The notes under the pieces were generated by a model. That model was not told where the DNA came from, ran no database searches, and saw only the letters and a list, made by a program, of their open reading frames with translations. Position numbers and translations under genes: made by a program. A DNA stretch of 59,468 nt, counting the filler, from Xylographa opegraphella (Eukaryota), in NCBI GenBank assembly GCA_022813865.1. It is 3 parts of 3 records of this genome, joined end to end, with 100 filler letters (N's around TTAATTAATTAA, not from the genome) between each part and the next. Parts side by side here need not be neighbours in the genome. Positions count along the whole stretch, not along the records: positions 1 to 20,431 come from JALDZX010000138.1; 2 more parts are not named here. One strand, given 5' to 3'. Below, one piece after another: positions 1-12,728 of this stretch (the stretch's first letter is position 1; each line of letters begins with the position of its first letter).

Positions 1-60
1 TCGCTCACCTATAGCTGTGGTTCTAGGCCTGCTTTTCGGGTGAGATAGCGAGCCGTAACA
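1..60. mobile_element. End of an LTR, family B (Ty3/gypsy-like TGT-ACGGC...GCCGT-ACA termini), truncated by the window start
   Basis: 1-60 ends GCCGTAACA and is the near-exact reverse complement of 40920-40979. Confidence 0.7.
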
Positions 61-1070
61 AATACTTTAAATACTTCGAGAGAGAATACGCAAAGTAAAT
101 AAAAACAGAATTTTTATATAAAACGAAGAATTTTTTATTATAAAAAACGTATTCAACTTATATTGCAATTTCATTTATAAAATAAAAATTTTGTACGAAA
201 AATAATTTTTTTTAAAAATAATAAATTAATTACTATGTTTTTTTACTTATTTATTAACGAATAAACTCAGATTTTAAATTTAACTGTATTAATGAAATTC
301 AAGATCGTAATATTTATCAAGCAACGCTATTTTAACATATATATTAAATTTTTTAAATAAAAAATCACGCTCAAAATATAAATAAATGAATAAATAAATC
401 GACAGATGAATAAATAAATAAATTAAACGTTATTTTGAAATTTATATTTTATGAACGTGTTGAATATATTAAATACGCAAAAATATGCAAAGATATATAA
501 AATTTAAAAAATTTGTATTTTTTTAATTGTTAAATGAGTAAAAATAATATTTTTTGATCGAATTTTTATTCTTTATTAATACGTTTTACGTAAAAAAATT
601 AATATATTCGATTTTTTCAATTTTAACTTTAAAATATACAAATTTTTGTCCCTTTAATTTATTAATTGTTAGAAATAGAGTCCCGGCCTGCCTGCAGGAT
701 AGCGAGAGCTGCTAAGCGAGAGCTCGGGCCGCNNNNNNNNNNNNNNNNNTAGTGCGCGAGCATATAGTCTCGTAGTTGTTCATAGCTAATACAACACACT
801 TGTTTACCCATATATTCTGCTAGAATGACCACTGCGCTTCAGTACCCATCGTACCTTTCAACATTAATCAATAAAATAAAAATGTTAATTCGCAAAAATT
901 TAATACGTCACGTTTGAAATTTCGAGATAATTTTCGTATCGAACTAAGCAAGTCGTTTATTAATGCGATTAAACGAGTCGTTTTAACGATTTTATTTACG
1001 ACAATAATGTATAAAAGTTAAACTAAAAACCTGAAACTTCGTATATTAAAATACTAAGATTTAACATTGG
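61..1070. repeat. AT-rich RIP-degraded repeat island
   Basis: Very low GC, TpA-rich, no long ORFs. Residual C/G is mostly in CpG. Hosts a solo LTR. Confidence 0.8.
667..863 (+). mobile_element. Solo LTR, family A (copia-like), about 197 bp, with 5-bp TSD TTAAT
   Basis: Starts TGTTAGAA and ends TTTCAACA. TTAAT lies at 662-666 and 864-868. Near-identical copies at 20532-20593, 20969-21165 and 58487-58683. Internal N gap. Confidence 0.9.
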
Positions 1071-1268
1071 CCAGAAACGGCCCAGTGTATAGGCTAACCA
1101 GTCACAGCTAGCTCACCACAACTCAATAAAGTTTAAAACAACTTGAATTGAGTTGCTAAACCTTTCTATTCTGAGGACTTATAGTGTGTGGCTCCGTAGG
1201 GACAGGTGAATAGAAACGGCCCAGCCACCGCGCAAACATCTGCACATCTACATCGTCACACCTCAACG

Positions 1269-2618
1269 ATGGCGACCCAGAATTCAAGTTCTACGTCTGT
1301 TTGGCGTATCGTTCAACGATATTTCTCTTTTGCGACAGCAAGCTCTGCTCTTGACATCTTCGAAGTTTCGCGCTCAGTATATCCAGACACACACTACACA
1401 GACAACGAGAAGGTCGAGATAAATTCGTGGATCATCACCTCCGAACAGCTGACGCGGCTCGACGAAGATCAAGCGAAACATGCTGAACGATTGGGCTCGC
1501 TCAACCTTTACCTCTCAACTCGTACTACATTACTGGGGAGTAAACCTTCGATTGCAGATGGTGTGGTTTATGCAAGGCTATCGCCTGCTGTAAAGATATG
1601 GACGGATGAAGAGAGAACCGGGGAACGTGGCTACCATCATGTTGTGCGTTATGTCGACTTCGTGCAGAATTCCCCCCTCTTTGGCCTTGCCATACCACAG
1701 AATGAGAAGGTCACCATAGATCCGAACGACGTCCTCTTCGTTCACAAGCCTCTTGACCCAAAGGAAGAGAAGGAACGTAAAAGGAAAGAGAAGGCATTTA
1801 CAGCCGCTCTGAATGGCGAGAGTCAAATCTCATTCGCAGTCGGCCAATCCAGACCACAAGAAGGTGTTGAGAGTAAGAAAGAGAACTCCGACACCCAACT
1901 CTCAGCCACCAAAGAGAACGTTGCGGGCGCAGCTAGAGATAGACAAGCAAATCAGCCGAGGAAAGAGAAGAAAGAAAAGGTCTCCAAGCAATCCAAAACG
2001 CCCGCGAAAGACATTGTTCTCTCCCCTTGCCTTATCGACCTTCGCGTTGGGCACATCATTCAAGCAGTCCCACATCCAAATGCTGACAGCCTGTACGTAT
2101 CAACCATCGTGTGCGGCGATCCGCCTGGTACGGAGAACACTTCCGAATTCAATGGCCAAGTAGTCCGCACTGTTTGCTCCGGTCTCAACGGCTTGATCCC
2201 CCTCTCTGAGATGCAAGACCGCAAGATCATTGCTGTGTGCAATCTAAAGCCCGTTACTATGCGGGGAGTCAAATCCGCTGCTATGGTCCTTGCAGCGTCT
2301 CCACGCCTGGCGCCTGGAACAGTGGACAATCATGTTGGGCCAGTAGAGCTAGTGAACCCGCCGGCGGGAGCTAAAGCGGGGGAGAGGGTCCACTTTGAGG
2401 GGTGGGAGGGAGAGCCGGAGGGTGTGCTGAACCCGAAGAAAAAAGTGTGGGAAACGATACAACCTGGTTTCACGACAACTGAGGATTTGGGAGTGGCGTT
2501 CGATGCGGGGGCAGTAGAGCAGCTGAAGGCTGAGGGGCGGAAAGGGTTGGGGAAGCTGGTGGTGGTATCTGGAGGGGAGTGTAAGGTCACGACTCTCAAA
2601 GGAGCTGTGGTGAGGTGA
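1269..2618 (+). CDS. ARC1: tRNA-aminoacylation cofactor Arc1 (GST-like N-terminal domain, Lys-rich linker, OB-fold tRNA-binding domain)
   Basis: Motifs IDLRVGHI, HPNADSLYVS, RTVCSGL, VCNLKPVTMRGVKSAAMVLAA, LNPKKKVWE. First ATG at 1269; single exon. Confidence 0.9.
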   Translation: MATQNSSSTSVWRIVQRYFSFATASSALDIFEVSRSVYPDTHYTDNEKVEINSWIITSEQLTRLDEDQAKHAERLGSLNLYLSTRTTLLGSKPSIADGVVYARLSPAVKIWTDEERTGERGYHHVVRYVDFVQNSPLFGLAIPQNEKVTIDPNDVLFVHKPLDPKEEKERKRKEKAFTAALNGESQISFAVGQSRPQEGVESKKENSDTQLSATKENVAGAARDRQANQPRKEKKEKVSKQSKTPAKDIVLSPCLIDLRVGHIIQAVPHPNADSLYVSTIVCGDPPGTENTSEFNGQVVRTVCSGLNGLIPLSEMQDRKIIAVCNLKPVTMRGVKSAAMVLAASPRLAPGTVDNHVGPVELVNPPAGAKAGERVHFEGWEGEPEGVLNPKKKVWETIQPGFTTTEDLGVAFDAGAVEQLKAEGRKGLGKLVVVSGGECKVTTLKGAVVR

Positions 2619-3583
2619 GAGAGCTGAAGATCGACATGCAACATGGAGGATCAGTAGAGAGGACTCATTGAAAAATGTTCCAACATCGACATCCATTCGA
2701 TGGATGTGACTTGTTACAGTTGCGTCAATGATACACCAGTCATCAGCAGTCTAAGATGCCGATATGATGAAGGTACTAACCATTGTGGAGGTGCAGAAAG
2801 CGCTCACAATGCAAGTGGTACAGGCAGCGTGAAACACTTTTTTGAAACAACTGTTACAAATGTCTCAGGTTTGTACTTCGCGAATTCATGCTTCTTTGTC
2901 AGACGATAGTCTGCTGCGACGAAGGTGTCTGCTACGACGAAGGTGTATTCTTCATGGACTCAACAATCGTTCCCGTAAACTTGTCTCTGGCAATTACAGT
3001 TCGTTTTACCATCGGATGGTATAATTTCGCGCGACTGCAATCAAGACATTGGTAATTACACACAATCACACCATAAATGTTGTAATCCCATGTTTATTGG
3101 GGCTTACTGCACAGGTCCTAGAAACCTAAATCCTAACGGACAGGTAGACGCTGGCCAAATTCTCATCCAAAACTATCAGCAGACCCGGATGGGCGCCGTT
3201 TCACTCAAAAAGTTCTAAGGTTCCTCAATTAGAACGGAGAGGAGCTTGTATGTGGAGCTCCATGGCGATACTGTCTCGGTGACTGCTGGGTGCATATGCT
3301 GTAACCACTAAGCATGTCCTTATACATGCTTCAGTCAGATGTCTCGCAACAAAAACCAAGAATGTAAAAGCTCCTGCTGGTGACCACTCTCGCGTTACGA
3401 TTGAGTCATACAAGTGCTTGAATACTGAATACCGTGTAACTTTCGGTACTGGCTGCCATAAGGCGTTGTGTTGCCCCGTACCAGCGCTCAACGGAGTCGA
3501 ATCGAGTAACCTTGTACAGGAGAGGGGGTTGACAATCGCGACGTAAAGTGGCAGTGTAGGGTACCCGCGTTTGGGTTTGCTGG

Positions 3584-4624
3584 CTAGGAGCCTTTGACAA
3601 TTTGCTTTGTCCCTAAAATCTCCGACTTGCGCCTCTTATTTGGTGGATCCGCGATTACCACGTCAACATCAGGCATGCTCGCACTGTACTGATCAATGAA
3701 ATCCAGGGGGATATTGCCTTGAGCCCGTTCCCAAGTATCATCCTCTGAGGGCCATCCAGCCCAGTGAACAAGGTATTTTACGACAAGTACTTGTGAATCA
3801 TCCAGATACCCGCCACCTTGGATATAACGCAATATTGTTGGATCATCCATCTTTTCATCTGGAAACTCCTCAAGGAAGTGACGATCTATCCACTTGCCTC
3901 GAAGCTTTTCGACTTCGAAAAGATCGTCCCCCATTGGTCCCTCGTGGGCGATATAGTCGACTTTTACATATGCAGCCTTCTGAATACGACAAACACCTCT
4001 ATTGTCTGTGTCGGCATCCTCTTCATCCGACTCTCTGTTCGAGACACTAGTATTCATAACACTCCTTCCTTGTCCTTCGTTTTCCGCTAAATTGTAGCAA
4101 GACCTGGCGTCATAGTAAACTGGGACATATTTGGGAATCTCGTACACTGGCCGTAGGCGACCCAGCTTGGTGAATGGTTTCCCCTTCGAACTATTTGGAA
4201 ACTGAAGTTTCACGAGTGTTTCTTTCATTCTCTCTGTATTCGTAATTCCTAAAGGAAGGGACAACGTTTGGGATCCGATGTTATTTTTCTCAACGTTCCT
4301 TCGTAGGTGTGCAAGCTCAGAAACTGTTCCGAGTCGTGAAATGCGGAATGGCCCATCGTAAACATCAAGCCTGTCATGTTTGTTATGGCCTCCTTCCATA
4401 GATACAGGATCCCGAATTCGAATGACCAAGTCATTTTTCCTAACGCGCTCCTTCGAATTATATAAAAGTATTTGAGAAAGGTCTGCCTCCGCCATCTGGG
4501 ATGGGAGATTATCACTCATAGCGGGGGCTTTCTGCGTCGTTGAGGGCTTTCTGGGGGAAGGGACAGCAGTCATAGCATCAGCGCCACTTTTTAAGACTGG
4601 CTTTAAAGTTGGCTTTTGGGCCAT
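3584..4624 (-). CDS. Chromodomain protein, 346 aa, with an upstream GPF-type motif
   Basis: C-terminal LFEVEKL...KYLVHWAGWPSEDDTWE chromodomain. Upstream VRKNDLVIR...RLDVYDGPFRI. Basic PPNKRRK tail. Intronless, normal GC. Confidence 0.75.
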   Translation of the reverse strand: MAQKPTLKPVLKSGADAMTAVPSPRKPSTTQKAPAMSDNLPSQMAEADLSQILLYNSKERVRKNDLVIRIRDPVSMEGGHNKHDRLDVYDGPFRISRLGTVSELAHLRRNVEKNNIGSQTLSLPLGITNTERMKETLVKLQFPNSSKGKPFTKLGRLRPVYEIPKYVPVYYDARSCYNLAENEGQGRSVMNTSVSNRESDEEDADTDNRGVCRIQKAAYVKVDYIAHEGPMGDDLFEVEKLRGKWIDRHFLEEFPDEKMDDPTILRYIQGGGYLDDSQVLVVKYLVHWAGWPSEDDTWERAQGNIPLDFIDQYSASMPDVDVVIADPPNKRRKSEILGTKQIVKGS

Positions 4625-5662
4625 CTCTGCTTTTGCGTGATGCCTTGACTTCTCTAGAGTGGCTTTAAGGTAGTTGTAAGGTTCGTAAATCGCAGAAGTA
4701 GCAACAGACCCTTTGTTTGCTTGCTTGGGAGGGTTTGACCTATTCGAAAAATGAGATGATATTTTCCGAAAACGAACTTTGGCCGATCACTCACCTTCAG
4801 TCAAGCTACGACTAATTCTACAAAATTTCGACAAAAAGGGGCAAACGTGTGTAGCTTAGGCCTGTAGCGACGAGTGTGGTAATACTGGGGAAGGTTGAAG
4901 TGAGTGAGAAACCGTTGGTGATGGTTGTCCTGTGCAATACATTTGCTGGATGTAAGTGACGCGAGCAGTAATGTCAAGGACGTTATGATATGGAAATTCT
5001 ATACGTAGAGCGACTGAAGTCCTTCGTGATATGAAAACGGTGTCTATCACCCCTCGCTCTAACAAGTCTGCAGTGGTCAAGTGAGACTGGGACCAAGCGT
5101 AACTCGTTCGTCATTCAGGTGGTCTCATTCGATGGTCTGAGAACAGTAGATACTTACTTAAACGTGTCGAGGCCGCGCTGTAACAACACCAAGGCAGTGA
5201 ATGAGAATACCGTATCAGCGCCTTATACCTTGGTACCAGACGGATATAGTGTTGGATATGTGCCTTAATGAGAAAGCGATTGTACTGACTGCAAGCCAGT
5301 TATCCACAAGGTAGAATATGGTTCAACGTGGGAAGGATGAAGATCCACTTGTGGGCCACTCATAGCGATGTGTGAACGGCGATTGACTTGCAGTATAAAT
5401 AATGTAAGCTGAGAATCAATGGCATCGGGGATCATATTTTCGGGATGAAACTGGGTTCAACTTTCAATGGAAGACAATTGTGAGCCTTCCGGTTGTAGGA
5501 AGGGTATTTCCGCAATATTATTGTTTGACGGAGCGGTAACTTGGTTAAAACCCACTTAGCGCCATAATAAGCATGGCATAGAGTTAATACACTGGAAGCT
5601 CTGATTAGGAAATGCAAGCATTTGCTTCAGGCGACGAACTTTTGCCAACTGGTAATGGGAGA

Positions 5663-8132
5663 CTATTTGGGAGGAACACCATGGCCCACATCTTGTTCAA
5701 TATCAGCTACGCCGAAAGAAGCCAACCCTCTCTCAATTTCCAATTCTTCGATTGCGGTAGACACTGATGGCTGCGTTCCATGCTCTGCGAGCCCCACCTG
5801 TGTCTGCAAGGCCTTCAGCATCGCTTGCTCTTTCAATTTCTTAAGATGATCCTTAAAGTTTCTGTTCAAGGAAATTTCTGTTAAGACTCTATCAATCTTC
5901 TCCTCTGTTAGTCCCTTGACATGGAAAGCCATGGCTTGAGAGGGGAAAACTCCTGTGAACCGATAACTTAACCATAGATAGAGAACAACGGACTTGTGCA
6001 GGCTTTCAAGCTGTTTGAGATATTCACGATCAGTCGTGACGGGCTGATCCAGAATTTCGAGCCTCAACTCATGTATGTCCAGGAGATTTCCGCCACGTTG
6101 GGTAGCGACGCATCGTGCCAATGCTAAGATGATCTTGTGAGCTCCAGGATCCTTTGTGTCAACAGGGGCAGCACACAATGAGATACGGTCAGCGATCGTT
6201 AAATCTTTGACCTCCTGTATGAGGTCTGCAGTTCCAATGTAAGCTCTTAGATTACAGAGATGAAAGCGAGTGTGGATGCGTGCTATCTCGTGTAAACGGA
6301 GAAGAATATAACTGAACGGAGTCTCTGATGGAAAGTACTTCGAGAACTTGAGGATTATAGAATCTGGTGGAAATATACCCGCTGTGGTGATAGGCCCTGC
6401 TTCACTTTGCATGGCTCTTTGAACAATTGGTAGATCCATCCGTTCTAAGGTAGTGACAAGACCTAGATTTGTTCCTGGAGCAGCAGGAACTGTTACAGCC
6501 ATCGGATTCTGGGAATCTGAATCTACATTGCCTTCCACAATGACATCCTTCGCCGCATCCGTTGCTGTCCGATATCTACCTGCTCGTCCAGCGATTTGCT
6601 TTATATCGGGAACTTCTAGTGTCTTTAGCTGTTCTCCGTTATGCCGCGACGTAGATTCAAAGATGATTCGTTTGATGCTCCTGGGCAGAGTCAGTCTCGG
6701 CTGTAATCTAGGGGCTATTAGCCCTACAAATTCAATCCCATGCCAATAGCGTCGCTCGCAACAAGGAAATCGTAGTCGTTGTTGGGTTCATTGAATAGCT
6801 TTGCCTGTTGTGCCCTAATCTCGGGAGGCAAGCTGCCATAGACTACAGCAACTCGTTTCCCCGTGATTTTCTCGATGTCCTTCCTATAAGCATGAATCTG
6901 CATCCTCGAGAAAACGACAAGGCAGTCTCCTTTCCTCAATTTTCGGAGATCCCCATTCAAGCTTGTAGACATGGGCCTGAGAGGACTCAAACGCTCGTAG
7001 TGGTGGATTTCGAGGTGGTCACCCATGGCTGCAGCAAGCTCTTTGATCAGAGGTACGGCTCGTTCTTCGCCGCACAGATGCAACTCCTGAGCCTTGAGCC
7101 CTAGAACCGCCTGGGTCCATGCCCATCCTCGATGATCGTTTCCGATCATTTGTATTTCATCAACAACAGCCACCTCGACATTCCGGTTGACTGGAACCAT
7201 TTCAACTGTACAACTGGACATACTCACTTCATCTCCCTCAACCATTATACGCTCATCGCCCGTGATGAGATTGCAAGGTTTTCCGAGCGCGTTAAGCCTA
7301 CTGTAGACTTCATGTGCCAAAAGACGTAGAGGTCCAGCATATATGCCACTTGAGGCAGATTCTAATCTCTTTAGCGCATGATAAGTCTTGCCAGAATTGG
7401 TTGGCCCGACGTGCAAGTGTATCTTCCGTTGTATTGCTCTTGTGGCTGGGTACCATTCGTAAGGATAACGTAGGTCAGCGAGTCTTACTTGATTCAGGAT
7501 GTCAGATTTTGTGAACGTGGAATTGGCGACATGGCCCTGTAATGCAAACTTGAGTTGAGCATCAATACCATTTTCTCCGTTTTCAGTATAGGCTTGACGC
7601 AGAACACTGAGAATGGGAGGAGGCACATGACGCTTGCGAGATCCTGACCACTCCTTAAAAGAGCGTAAAATATCCGCTTTGAAATCCGCGAAATGATTTT
7701 CCGCTTTGTTTGCAACCAATCCAGTCTTGATTAAGAAGGATGGATCATCAGTCTGTCCGAATAACTGCTCCAACCTCTGGATTGTAATTGTTATCAGGTC
7801 CGCCTCTACTATGCGTCCACGAGTGAGTCGCTGCAGCTTTTGCCCAGGCTGCTGTCTGATATTGCTCTTTGCCGATACATCCAGGCTTCTGAGTCCGTGA
7901 ACCTGCGCTGTTAGTAGATCATGATAAGTCAAGGGTCAGAAGGCTGTCGTACTGTATTCGGATTGTCACCTTTAGAAGGTCGATGTGATATTCGCTCTCG
8001 CGTTCCCCATCTAAGTCGAAAACTTCTGCTGTAAGGTGTAGAATGTTTCTGTGGAAGTAATGACGACGGCGATTGTCGCAACCTGAAAGCACAGAAAAGA
8101 CACAGGAAGGATTTAGCATCAGTGACTCGCAT
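5663..8132 (-). CDS. SUV3: Mitochondrial ATP-dependent RNA helicase Suv3 (3 exons)
   Basis: HVGPTNSGKT, YAGPLRLLAHE, DEIQM, RGWAWT, VASDAIGMGLNL/SIKR, QIAGRAGR. ATG at 8132 with a targeting-peptide-like N-terminus. Introns at about 7905-7969 (boundaries uncertain) and 6682-6727. Confidence 0.92.
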
Positions 8133-8450
8133 ATCAAAGAAGTTCAATGCAGCTGTTCAGATTATTGTCCCGATCTGAAATGTTCAGCGACGTCGTCATA
8201 ATTTATTGAGTTGTCCCTATGACGTCCGTGGTTGAAGCGCGGCTCTGGGTCGTGTGGAACTCAGCATAGAATGGTGTAGAGTACTTCGTACATGCCTCTG
8301 CAAATAACGTGGGTATTCCTCTGCAGCTTCAATGTCACCATAGTAGTCACTCATGCTAAAGGCAATAAGTTCGTGACTATGACAAAGGTTGACAGTACAT
8401 GTATCTGTACAGGTGAATTATAGATCAGCAACAAGAGCGAATCTACAGTC

Positions 8451-10944
8451 ATGGGTACCTCCGCAATCGCCACCTTGCGTGAAAGTAAGCTGCTCTGTGC
8501 ATATTTTGGCCCAGCGACTGACTACTTCTAGTCATATTAGAAGTTGTCCGCTATACGGCTCAGGGACAAGTAAGAATGCAGCTCCTCTGTCCAGGGAGTA
8601 TTGCCTAACCATAGTCTATCTCTGAAGTGGAAAGTCCTTGTTCTCGACGAGACAAGTAAGAGGCTAGTTGATTCTGTTGTCAAACAGAATGACATCCTGC
8701 AGGAAAAAGTCACAAGTGTGCCATTCGCCGATTTGCTTCTGAATTGCTGGATCCTTGCTGACTCGGCTCAGACATCGAACAAATAGAACACAAAAGGGCA
8801 TTGGACCAGGACCTAGTTGCTGTCTACCTCTTGACTCCAGATCCACACATAGTCGAATGGCTGATCATGGACCTTGAGCGCCGGAGGTATCATCGCTCCC
8901 ATCTTGTGTGGACATCATGTTTGTTTAGGTTGCGTGGCACACGGCGAGAATCAGTCTAACTCAAAGTACAGTTCTTCCTCCCGAACTCAGGCAAAGGATA
9001 GAGCAGTCGTCTACAGCAAAAGAGATTGCCCAAGATCGTATATTGAATATCAATTTCTTCCCGGACGAGTCACACCTGATCACCTTCCGTGATCCTTCCA
9101 GTTTTCCAGTGTTATTCCATCCGGCATGCAATCAGTTAGTCCCTAAGCATATGTATGATCTAGCCCAAAGGGTATGTATCGCGCGCCTTAATTTCAACCT
9201 CTAATTGATCAAACAGTCTGTTAACATTATGGAAAGATAGTCTCGGTATGCGTATCTCTTGAAGAATATCCCACAATCCGCTATTATCGTCCTCATAGCC
9301 CGCTTCATGAAGCCGGTGTTCTCTGCTCTCATCTAGCTCGCTTTGTTCAAGAAGGCCTTGACCAGCATGCTAAGCATCACGGGGACTTTCCACCCCCATC
9401 CTCTCGACCTCGCGGAGTACTGATCATCACTGACAGGAGTATGGATTTATTTGCTCCACTACTTCACGAGTTCACATATCAAGCCATGGTACATGACCTG
9501 CTCCCTCTGAAACAGGGCGATAGGCCTTACTATAAAACCGTACTTAACGAAGGAACTTCCAGAGAAGAGGTGAAAGAGATGGAACTTGGAGAACAAGACA
9601 AAATATGGGTTCAAAACCGGCACATGCACATGAAAGATCTCCTCCAAAAACTGGTAGCGGATTTCAATAAGTTCAGAGCCGATAATCCGCAATTTGCAGA
9701 GAAGTATGCACATAGCATTACCAGGGTTCGCTCATAATAGCTCACGATTTGATATCAATTAGTCTGGAAGGATCCACAAGCATAAGTACCATTAAGGATA
9801 TGATCGCGGGTCTCCCACAGTTCCAGGAGGGCAAAGAACTATACTCTTTACATCTGAACATGTCTCAAGAGCTCATGAACATATTTCAGAAGTGTCGTTT
9901 AACCGACGTTGCGTTGGTAGAGCAAGTAAGGAATAGTCACCACCCATCTAAAGACTCTACTGATCCCTATAGTCTATGGCTGTTGGACTCGATGAGGATT
10001 ACAAAAGGCCTAAAAATCTAACAGACCAAATCGTGAGACTTCTGGACGACGATGAGGTTAACTTCCCTGACCGACTTCGACTGATCATAGAATACGTCCT
10101 TTATCGGGACGGTATTTTCCGTTCAGACATGGAAAAGCTGCTTGCTCATGCTCGTCTACCTGCCCAGGACGGCGAGATTCTCCAGAATTTAGAGATGCTT
10201 GGTGCTCGAGTCTTCCGGCCATTGAAAGATGCCAAACATACTTTACAGCCGTTATTTCCGCGGAAACCGCCGGCCGCCGAAGCAATGGACGATTTGAGTC
10301 TTTCAAGATTTGAGCCAGCAATCAAAGGACTGCTCGAGGAGCAACTACGAGGCACTCTCGATCAGAATCTCTTTCCATACACGAAACCATTTTTGGACTC
10401 AAATGAAGGTACTAGAAATCAAGTGAACGTATCACAAGCATCTCTGCGGAGTGCAAAACCAACCTGGGCTAGAACTCGTCCCTCTGCATCGGAGCCGCGT
10501 CAGCGTGTAATCATTTTCATGGCTGGCGGCGCAACCTATTCCGAATCAAGAGTGTGTTATGAGGTATCAGATTCATCTACCAGGGACATCTATTTGACGA
10601 GCTCGCATATGCTGCACCCAGGGCTTTTTTTACGTCAACTTGGAGAGCTTAGTGTCGATAGAAGGCTACTGGATCTACCTGCCGACAGACCAAAACCAAA
10701 GCCTCCCGCATGCCTGTATGAAAAGGATGTCGCTACTTCTAATATCGCGTCACAGTCTCCGGGAGCTACGATGGAACCACGTAATAACAGACCCGCTACT
10801 AGTGCCGATACTTCGATTGAAACGGTCGAACTATCGCAGAAGCCTCACCCCTTGCCATCTCCTCCTTTTGTTGTCGCGACTCCTCCCACTGGCAAGCTTT
10901 CGAAAGGACCGAAAGAGAAAAAACGTGGCTTTTTCAAGTTTTAG
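8451..10944 (+). CDS. SEC1: Sec1/Munc18 family SM protein (multi-exon)
   Basis: Exons encode WKVLVLDE, EYPTIRYY, DRSMDLFAPLLHEFTYQAMVHDLL, LSRFEP and RQRVIIFMAGGATYSESR. ATG at 8451 is followed by a GTAAGC donor. Several short introns. Confidence 0.9.
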
Positions 10945-11328
10945 ATGTGTATAAAGTCATCGTTCGATTGTATTTATGGTCATCGGAGCGTTCTATATGC
11001 ATGATAAGATTCTCGTTCCGGCATATCAGGCGCAAGGAATGTTGAGCTGAGTATGATACCCCTGGAATGTTTGCATACGTTCGTTTAGCATTTTGCACGT
11101 TTGCATTATGTAGTCTTAGATGTCCTCTTAGTTTGATCTTCTGTAAACTACCGACCAAAATGTCATTGGACAAGATATCCGGTGCCACAAACGCCGTTGG
11201 CATGACGTCATGTCTCATGCCTCAGGTCCTGGAAACGCAAATGTAGATGCAAAGAAGTCCGTTCGGATTACGTCGTAATAATTGACGAGCAATCGGTAAC
11301 TCGCTGTACACTGCACTAAAGATACTCA

Positions 11329-12606
11329 ATGCCTCTTCCGTTCATTGCGGAAGTTCTATATAGAGGTCTTGACACGACTCCAAAACTTTTCTTGATTCTA
11401 AAAGCTCTGCCATGGCTGGCAATACTTCTTCTTGCGAAGTGGTATTTTGGAGGGCCAAGAAACGCATCCGAACGACTGATGCATTCAAAAGTTATCATGA
11501 TCACTGTACGTATATCTACTTAGGGATGATAGCTCTTAGCTGACGTCGTATAGGGTGGGACCTCTGGCATTGGAGCCGCGGTAGCGCAAGCATTGGCAGA
11601 ACGTGGTGCGCAAATCATCCTTTTGACGCGTCAGCAACCATTCGACCCCTTTCTGGTAGACTATATTGAGGATCTACGGCAATTAACCAAGAATGAGCTT
11701 ATCTATGCCGAGCAGGTGGATCTCTCTTCACTACATTCAATTCGTCTATTTGCGACAAAGTGGGTGGACAACGCGCCTCCTAGAAGACTAGATATGATTG
11801 TACTATGTGCGAACACTATGTCGACTCGATTTGGAAAACTGGAAAAGACCAGCGATGGGCTTGAGGGGATGTGGGGAATTAATTACTTGGCGAACTTCCA
11901 CTTGCTGAGCATACTGAGTCCAGCCTTAAGAGCACAACCTCCTGACAGAGATGTCCGAGTCATTTTTGGAACTTGCTCAAGCTATATCGGTGGCGAGTTG
12001 GAAGGGCTGAAAGATTCCAAAGACCCAATACCAAAAGTCCGGGAGTACGGCACAAGCAAGTTAGCACTCATGGTTTTCGCACAAGCTTTCCAGAAGCATC
12101 TTGAAGTGTATGAGCGTCCCGATAAGCAGTCCAATAATGCACGAGTGATCATGGTCGACCCAAGCTTCACTCGGACGCCCGGAATGCAAAGATGGCTCAC
12201 TATGGGCTCGCTTTGGGGTCTTCTAGGCTATCTTCTACTGTGGCCCTTCTGGTGGCTTATTCTTAAGTCTCCCCAACAAGGTGCGCAGAGTTTTCTCAAG
12301 GCGGCTATGGAAGCGGACCTTGGAAGAGGCGCTGGAGGACGCTTTCTCAAAGAATGCAGGGACGTGGAATATTTGCGATCCGAGATCATGGATGAGGGAG
12401 TTGCAGAAAAGCTGTGGAGCTTTAGTGAGAGACAGATCTCAGCGTTGGAAAAAGAGGGAGCGATCAGACGAGCCATTGTCAAAAGGGAAAAGGAAAGTCA
12501 GAAGATAGGCGAACAGAAAAGCCAAGGTCACAATGCCAATATGATAGCGGAAAGCGGCAAGGGCGTAGAACTGCACGGATCAAGACGAACCAGAAAGGCC
12601 GTTTGA
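11329..12606 (+). CDS. Short-chain dehydrogenase/reductase, PBR1/YNL181W-like ER oxidoreductase (2 exons)
   Basis: N-terminal hydrophobic helix. VIMIT/GGTSGIG spans an intron at about 11506-11553. YGTSK catalytic motif; WVDNAPPRRLDMIVLCA. Confidence 0.85.
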
Positions 12607-12728
12607 ATACTCGTAGCAGTTTTTTCAGAAGTCTTTTCAAGGATCTAAGATAAATCGTGACCGAAAGTCTAAGACATCCAGATAAGGTATGGATTATGGA
12701 GCATACTCGAGGACATATTAGACTGCTC

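Noticed and set aside
667..863. Repeated GC-rich units among AT spacers as a CRISPR-like array or structured RNA
   Set aside because: The copies are dispersed and about 197 bp, with TG...CA ends, a 5-bp TSD and a PBS in one copy, so they are LTRs.
1073..1224. 13-bp direct repeat AGAAACGGCCCAG flanking about 130 bp upstream of ARC1
   Set aside because: No terminal inverted repeats and no second copy of the interior; too little to call an element.
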